A stretch of 19,800 nt of DNA from Gemmatimonadota bacterium (lineage in GTDB: Bacteria > Gemmatimonadota > Gemmatimonadetes > Longimicrobiales > Gaopeijiaceae), in the NCBI GenBank assembly GCA_039589315.1, contig JBDHHQ010000078.1:1-19800 (forward strand), in the 5' to 3' direction. The notes below the pieces were generated by a model that searched no databases, was not told the DNA's origin, and saw only the letters and a list, made by a program, of their open reading frames with translations. Shown one piece after another: positions 14,966 to 19,800 of this stretch (position 1 is the stretch's first letter; each line of letters begins with the position of its first letter). Both the position numbers and the translations under genes were made by a program.

Positions 14966-16791
14966 GGACCGAGCTTCGCTTTCTCTTGGCCATCGGCCTG
15001 ATGATCGTGGTGCTGGTCGGCACCAATCTGCTGTTCCCGCCGATCCCACCTGAGGACACCGGCCTCCAGATCGACTCGACACTCGTCCAGCAGCCGCAGC
15101 CCGCCACGCCGGACAGCCAGGCCGAGGGTGAGGTGCCCCCTGTAGTTCCACAGGTCCCCGAGACGGATCTGGCGGGTCCGGCCGTGGAGCCTGCCGAGGG
15201 CGACACGGCCACCGCGGACGCCGAGGCGGACACACTGGCACCGTCGGTCCCAGAGCAGCTCATCGTCGTGGAGACGCCGCTCTACCGACTCACGTTCACG
15301 ACGCACGGCGCCAGGCTCCTCTCGGCCGAGCTCACGGGCTTCGAGTCGTTCACGCGGCCGGGTGCCGTTCAGCTCGTTCCAGACGACGAGGTCGCCACCC
15401 TCGGCCAGCGGCTTCTCGTGGCCGGGGACACCGTCGACATGCGGCGGGCGCCGTTCGAGGCGTCTGCGGCTGCGGTCGAGGTGAGCGGGGGAGGAGCGGC
15501 GGAGACACTCCGGTTCACCTACGACCATCCGGCGTCGGATTTCGGGATGGAGGTCGCGTACACCTTCGTGCCGGATGAATACGGGATCGTGGTTTCGGGC
15601 CAGGTCCGGGGCGTGGATTCGGGAACGCTCTTCACGGATCTGGGATCTGGCGTGGCGTTCAACGAAGTGAACGTCGAGGAGGAGTCCAGGCTCACGGCCT
15701 ACGTCACGAATCACATCGACCGTGGCATCCGGGCCGTCCCGCTGAGAGACGTGGAGGGGCTGCAGATCGATGACGGGCCGTTCTTCTGGGCCGTCTTCAA
15801 GACCAAGTTCTTCATGTTCGGCGCCCTGGCAGGCACTGAGCCGGACGGCTCGGAGCGCTTGGGGGGTCTCCTGGCGGCCGAGCACCCCGTGGAGCAGCGC
15901 GCGAGCCTGACGGTGACTCAACCCTTCGGGCCGGAGGGGCGCTTCGCATATCGGCTCTATGCAGGACCCCAGGACTTCAGGCGCCTATCGGCCCACGGGC
16001 AGGACCTCGAGGACGCGAACCCGTACGGGTGGAAGTTCATGCGTCCGGTGATCCAGCCGTTTACCGGGCTCATCATCACGATCCTGAACTGGATGCACGA
16101 TCGGTTCAACCTGGCCTACGGCTGGGTGCTGATCCTCTTCGGCGTGGCGATGCGGGTGGTCTTCTTCCCCCTGTACCACCGCTCCATGAAGGCACAGCTC
16201 AAGAACATGGCGGTGCAGCCGCTTCTCCAGGAGATCCAGAAGACGCACAAGGACAACCCGGAGAAGATGCAGAAGGAGCTCATGAAGCTCTACAAGGAGC
16301 ACGGATTCAACCCGCTGGCCGGGTGCCTTCCCATGCTTCTCCCGTGGCCCGTGTTGGTGGCTTTGTTCTTCGTCTTCCAGAACACCATCGAGCTGAGGGG
16401 CGTGCCCTTCCTCTGGCTACCGGACCTTTCCCTGGCAGATCCGTACTACATCCTGCCGATCTTCCTGGGGCTGTCCATGTTCCTGCTGCAGTGGGTGGGA
16501 TTCCGGAGTATGGATCAGGTGAATCCCCAGATGAAGATGATGATGTGGTTCATGCCGATCTTCCTGGTCTTCATCTTCTTCCGGCTACCGTCGGGCCTGA
16601 ACCTGTACTACGCGACGGCGAACATCGCCACGCTGCCACAGCAGTTCTGGATCGCGAACGAGCGCAAGAAGGCTCGAGTGGAAGCGCCCAAGCCGGCGGC
16701 GCCGGTAGAGCCGGTAGAGCCGGAACAGCCCAAGAACGAGGAGCGGCCGCCGCCTCGCAGGCGCAAGAAGCGGACGTCACGCAAGCGCTAG
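14962..16791 (+). CDS. yidC: Membrane protein insertase YidC
   Basis: GTG 14962 overlaps the yidD TGA; N-terminal TM, large periplasmic domain, [41 protein letters not shown] and PSGLNLYY. Confidence 0.97.
   Translation: MRTELRFLLAIGLMIVVLVGTNLLFPPIPPEDTGLQIDSTLVQQPQPATPDSQAEGEVPPVVPQVPETDLAGPAVEPAEGDTATADAEADTLAPSVPEQLIVVETPLYRLTFTTHGARLLSAELTGFESFTRPGAVQLVPDDEVATLGQRLLVAGDTVDMRRAPFEASAAAVEVSGGGAAETLRFTYDHPASDFGMEVAYTFVPDEYGIVVSGQVRGVDSGTLFTDLGSGVAFNEVNVEEESRLTAYVTNHIDRGIRAVPLRDVEGLQIDDGPFFWAVFKTKFFMFGALAGTEPDGSERLGGLLAAEHPVEQRASLTVTQPFGPEGRFAYRLYAGPQDFRRLSAHGQDLEDANPYGWKFMRPVIQPFTGLIITILNWMHDRFNLAYGWVLILFGVAMRVVFFPLYHRSMKAQLKNMAVQPLLQEIQKTHKDNPEKMQKELMKLYKEHGFNPLAGCLPMLLPWPVLVALFFVFQNTIELRGVPFLWLPDLSLADPYYILPIFLGLSMFLLQWVGFRSMDQVNPQMKMMMWFMPIFLVFIFFRLPSGLNLYYATANIATLPQQFWIANERKKARVEAPKPAAPVEPVEPEQPKNEERPPPRRRKKRTSRKR
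16701..16727 (+). repeat. 9-bp tandem repeat in the yidC tail (PVE PVE PEQ)
   Basis: GCCGGTAGA GCCGGTAGA GCCGGAACA. Confidence 0.7.
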
Positions 16792-16882
16792 CGATTGTCC
16801 GGGGGACTTCCAGGAACGCCCGCGGCTGGCGCCCCGGGAGCCGTTCTCGCCGAGTCGAGGCCGTCGAAGCTCGAATCAGGCA

Positions 16883-18265
16883 ATGATCGACACCATCGTC
16901 GCATGCAGCACGCCACCAGGTCCCGGTGCCATCTCCCTGGTCCGCCTTTCGGGCCCCCGGGCTCTGGAGACGGTACGGCGGCTCTGTCCGGACCGACCCA
17001 TCGAGGGCGAGGCGCGTCGGGCTTACCTGACCGGGATCGTGGATCCCCGGACAGGCGAGCTGTTGGATCGGGGGCTGGTCACGACCTTTCATGCGCCGTC
17101 CAGCTACACCGGCGAGGACATGGCGGAGCTGTCCTGCCACGGCGGCTGGCTGACGCCGGTCCTGGTCATCGACGCGGCACTGGGGATGGGCTGTCGGGCC
17201 GCCGAGCCCGGCGAATTCACCCGCCGGGCCTACCTGAATGGCAAGATGGACCTGGTGCAGGCCGAGGCGGTGCTGGACCTGGTCGACGGGCGCAGTCGGG
17301 CGCTCAGGCGTGCCGCGCTGGGGCACCTCGAGCGGGGGCTGTCGCAGCGAGTCGGGGCCCTGCGACAGGAGCTGGTACACCTCGAGGCGCTCTTGGCCCA
17401 TCACATCGACTTCCCCGAGGAGGACGACGCGCCCGTGCCCGCCACCGTCGTGGCCGACAGGGCCGAAGGCGTGTGTACGGCTCTCACGATGCTGCTTCAG
17501 ACCGCCCCGGAGGGAGAGCTGCTGAGGGAAGGCGCGGTCACGGTACTGGCAGGCTTGGCCAACACCGGTAAGTCCAGCCTTTTCAATGTGTTGCTCGGCG
17601 AGGAACGGGCCATCGTGACCGAGGTCCCCGGTACCACCCGCGATGCCATCGAGGCGGTGGTTGCCCTCGACGGCTATCCGTTTCGGCTGATCGACACTGC
17701 GGGGATCCGCTCCACGGATGAACTGGTCGAACGCATCGGGGTGGAGGTGGCCCGACGCTACGTCCAGCGTGCGGACGTGGTACTGCTCTGTGTCGACACG
17801 CGCGTCGGGGTGGGGACGCAGGAGCGAGCCTTCGTGTCCGGGCTTTCGGGCGTGCCCGTGGTGGTCGTGCGCACCAAGACGGACTTGTCGGGGCACGATC
17901 ACGGATCGGCGTCCGGTGGCGCCGCTGGGGGGCCCGGTGAGTACGCAGCCGTGGTCGGTGTGTCCAGCGAAACCGGGGAGGGAGTCGCCGAGTTGAAGCG
18001 GACGCTGGCGGGGCTGGTGTACGGCGGCCTCGCTACGGCGGCGCCGGACCTTCCGGTGCTGACGCGCCGGCGTCACCGGGACGCGTTGCGAGTGGCTCAC
18101 GACGAGGTGGCCGACTTCGCACGTGCGCTCCGCGAGGGTGTGCCCGCCGAGGTCGCGGCGACACATTTGCGGCCGGCGGAGACGGCCCTGGAGGAGCTGC
18201 TGGGCGTGATCTCGGTGGACGACGTGCTCGACCGGGTCTTCGAGGACTTCTGCATTGGGAAGTGA
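16883..18265 (+). CDS. mnmE: tRNA modification GTPase MnmE (TrmE)
   Basis: DTIVACSTP, SYTGED, AEPGEFTRRAYLNGKMDLVQAEAV, GLANTGKSS, GTTRD, DTAGIR, TKTD and C-terminal FCIGK. Confidence 0.98.
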   Translation: MIDTIVACSTPPGPGAISLVRLSGPRALETVRRLCPDRPIEGEARRAYLTGIVDPRTGELLDRGLVTTFHAPSSYTGEDMAELSCHGGWLTPVLVIDAALGMGCRAAEPGEFTRRAYLNGKMDLVQAEAVLDLVDGRSRALRRAALGHLERGLSQRVGALRQELVHLEALLAHHIDFPEEDDAPVPATVVADRAEGVCTALTMLLQTAPEGELLREGAVTVLAGLANTGKSSLFNVLLGEERAIVTEVPGTTRDAIEAVVALDGYPFRLIDTAGIRSTDELVERIGVEVARRYVQRADVVLLCVDTRVGVGTQERAFVSGLSGVPVVVVRTKTDLSGHDHGSASGGAAGGPGEYAAVVGVSSETGEGVAELKRTLAGLVYGGLATAAPDLPVLTRRRHRDALRVAHDEVADFARALREGVPAEVAATHLRPAETALEELLGVISVDDVLDRVFEDFCIGK

Positions 18266-18329
18266 TGATGCGGCTGGAGGCGGGACGGGGCGTGTGGCAC
18301 GGGGACCCCTACCAGGCGGAGAGGAGCGC

Positions 18330-18623
18330 GTGACGGAGGAGACTGCCGCCGTGCAGCGGCGATTCCTGGTGCGAGGCATGGTCCAGGGCGTGGGATTCCG
18401 CTGGTGGACCCGCCGGGCTGCTCGGGAGTTGGACGTGTCAGGGAACGTCCGCAACTGCCCGGACGGCTCGGTGGAGGTGCACGCACGCGCCATGCCCTCG
18501 ATTCTGGACGAGTTCGCGGGACGACTCGCACAGGGGCCTCCGGCGGCCGTGGTGGACGCGGTCGAGGTATTCCCCAGCAGCGAGCCGCTGCCGGACGGCT
18601 TCGATATCGCTCGTTGGCCATGA
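18330..18623 (+). CDS. acyP: Acylphosphatase
   Basis: GTG 18330 after GAGGAG; signature GMVQGVGFR and [14 protein letters not shown]-terminal QGPPAAVV...FDI. Confidence 0.92.
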   Translation: MTEETAAVQRRFLVRGMVQGVGFRWWTRRAARELDVSGNVRNCPDGSVEVHARAMPSILDEFAGRLAQGPPAAVVDAVEVFPSSEPLPDGFDIARWP

Positions 18624-19800
18624 CTCGGCAACGCTACGACGTGATCGTGGTTGGCGGTGGACACGCCGGCACCGAGGCGGCCGCCGCATCGGCGCGGCTG
18701 GGGTCGCGGACGCTCCTCATCACTCCGGACCTCGGCCGGGTGGGCCAGATGAGCTGCAACCCGGCCATCGGCGGTGTGGCGAAGGGGATCGTGGCCCGGG
18801 AGGTCGACGCGATGGGCGGGGTCATGGGTCGGGCGACCGACGCCGCCCGGATCCAGTTCAGAATGTTGAATCGGTCGAAGGGCCCAGCGGTGTGGGGCCC
18901 TCGCGCTCAGTGTGACCGTGGCCTCTATCCGAGGGCGGTTCGGAGGATTCTGGACGAGGTGGACGGCCTGGATCTTTTCCAGGAGATGGTGACGGGCCTG
19001 GCGCTGGACGCCGGTCGAGTGCGGGGGGTCGTCACCCGGGGCGGTCTGGAATTCGAGGCCGACGCGGTCGTGGTAACGGCCGGCACGTTTCTTCGTGGCA
19101 GGATCCACATCGGGGGCGCGGCGGGGGTAAATGCGGGTCGCGCGGGCGAGGGGCCTTCCGTGGCGCTGGCAGAGGCGCTGGAGGCTCACGGTCTGGAGAT
19201 GGCCCGCTTCAAAACCGGCACGCCTCCGCGGATCGACGGCCGGACGGTGGATCTGGAGCGACTCGAGGTGCAAGCCGGCGACGAGGAGGATTTCCGCTTC
19301 AGCTTCTACCACCGGGAGGAGATCCCGGCACAACGCCCCTGTTGGATCGGTTGGACCGGAGGTGAGCTCAAGCGGGTCATCACCGAGAATCTCCATCGGA
19401 GCGCCCTCTATGGGGGCGCGATCTCGGGGCAAGGACCCCGCTACTGTCCATCGATCGAGGACAAGGTGGTCCGCTTTCCGGACGCGGTCCGGCACCAGGT
19501 ATTCCTCGAGCCGGAGGGCCTGGACACGCGGGAGCTCTACGTAAACGGACTATCCACATCACTGCCGGCCGACGTACAGCTGACGTTCCTCCGGACGATC
19601 CCTGGCCTCGAGGAGGCCCGCATCACCAAGGTCGGATACGCGATCGAGTACGATTACTTCCCACCTCACCAGCTGAGCCACACCCTCGAGGTCAAACAAG
19701 TGCCCGGCCTCTACTTCGCAGGCCAGATCAACGGCACCACCGGCTACGAGGAGGCGGCTGGCCAAGGACTCGTGGCGGGCGCCAACGCTGCGCTGTCGGT
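18620..19800 (+). CDS. mnmG: tRNA uridine-5-carboxymethylaminomethyl modification enzyme MnmG (GidA), partial
   Basis: Not in the ORF track because it is open at the right edge. ATG 18620 gives [21 protein letters not shown], then [37 protein letters not shown] and [18 protein letters not shown]. Confidence 0.98.
   Translation, partial: MTRQRYDVIVVGGGHAGTEAAAASARLGSRTLLITPDLGRVGQMSCNPAIGGVAKGIVAREVDAMGGVMGRATDAARIQFRMLNRSKGPAVWGPRAQCDRGLYPRAVRRILDEVDGLDLFQEMVTGLALDAGRVRGVVTRGGLEFEADAVVVTAGTFLRGRIHIGGAAGVNAGRAGEGPSVALAEALEAHGLEMARFKTGTPPRIDGRTVDLERLEVQAGDEEDFRFSFYHREEIPAQRPCWIGWTGGELKRVITENLHRSALYGGAISGQGPRYCPSIEDKVVRFPDAVRHQVFLEPEGLDTRELYVNGLSTSLPADVQLTFLRTIPGLEEARITKVGYAIEYDYFPPHQLSHTLEVKQVPGLYFAGQINGTTGYEEAAGQGLVAGANAALS

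Noticed and set aside
16792..16882. Short inverted repeats between yidC and mnmE (CGGCT/AGCCG; CGAG-TCGA/TCGA-CTCG)
   Set aside because: Short stems expected by chance at this GC content; no U-tract.
17551..17580. MnmE P-loop GLANTGKS lacking the usual Pro
   Set aside because: Still satisfies GxxxxGKS and all other motifs are intact; no evidence of inactivation.
16571..19495. 974-aa minus-strand ORF
   Set aside because: Antisense shadow of yidC end, mnmE, acyP and mnmG; no motifs; long antisense ORFs are expected at this GC content.
1..19800. CRISPR arrays, tRNA/rRNA genes, transposases, integrases, defence genes
   Set aside because: No spaced direct repeats, cloverleafs or recognisable motifs; nearly all sequence is accounted for by the listed CDSs.

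Overview
High-GC bacterial chromosome segment spanning the replication origin. The rpmH and DnaA sequence style suggests Gemmatimonadota, but this is inference. Right half: the conserved origin cluster, with dnaN<-[oriC]<-dnaA divergent from rpmH-rnpA-yidD-yidC-mnmE-acyP-mnmG (mnmG runs off the window). The dnaA-dnaN gap holds a Bacillus-type basal unwinding module (tandem DnaA boxes, GC spacer, DnaA-trios, AT-rich tract) built from non-canonical NNTTCCACA boxes. dnaN is not followed by recF/gyrB; it meets a convergent pyrE across a long hairpin. Left half: a five-gene minus-strand envelope/signalling cluster (PrcB-C-like lipoprotein, HAMP histidine kinase, sigma54 NtrC-family regulator, exported coiled-coil protein, outer-membrane beta-barrel), the best candidate for an undescribed system. 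Further left are an orphan PPTase with apparently permuted Sfp motif order, divergent from prolyl oligopeptidase - DUF481 barrel - polyphosphate:AMP phosphotransferase (partial). No rRNA, tRNA, CRISPR array or mobile element was recognised. All calls come from reading the sequence; no searches were run.
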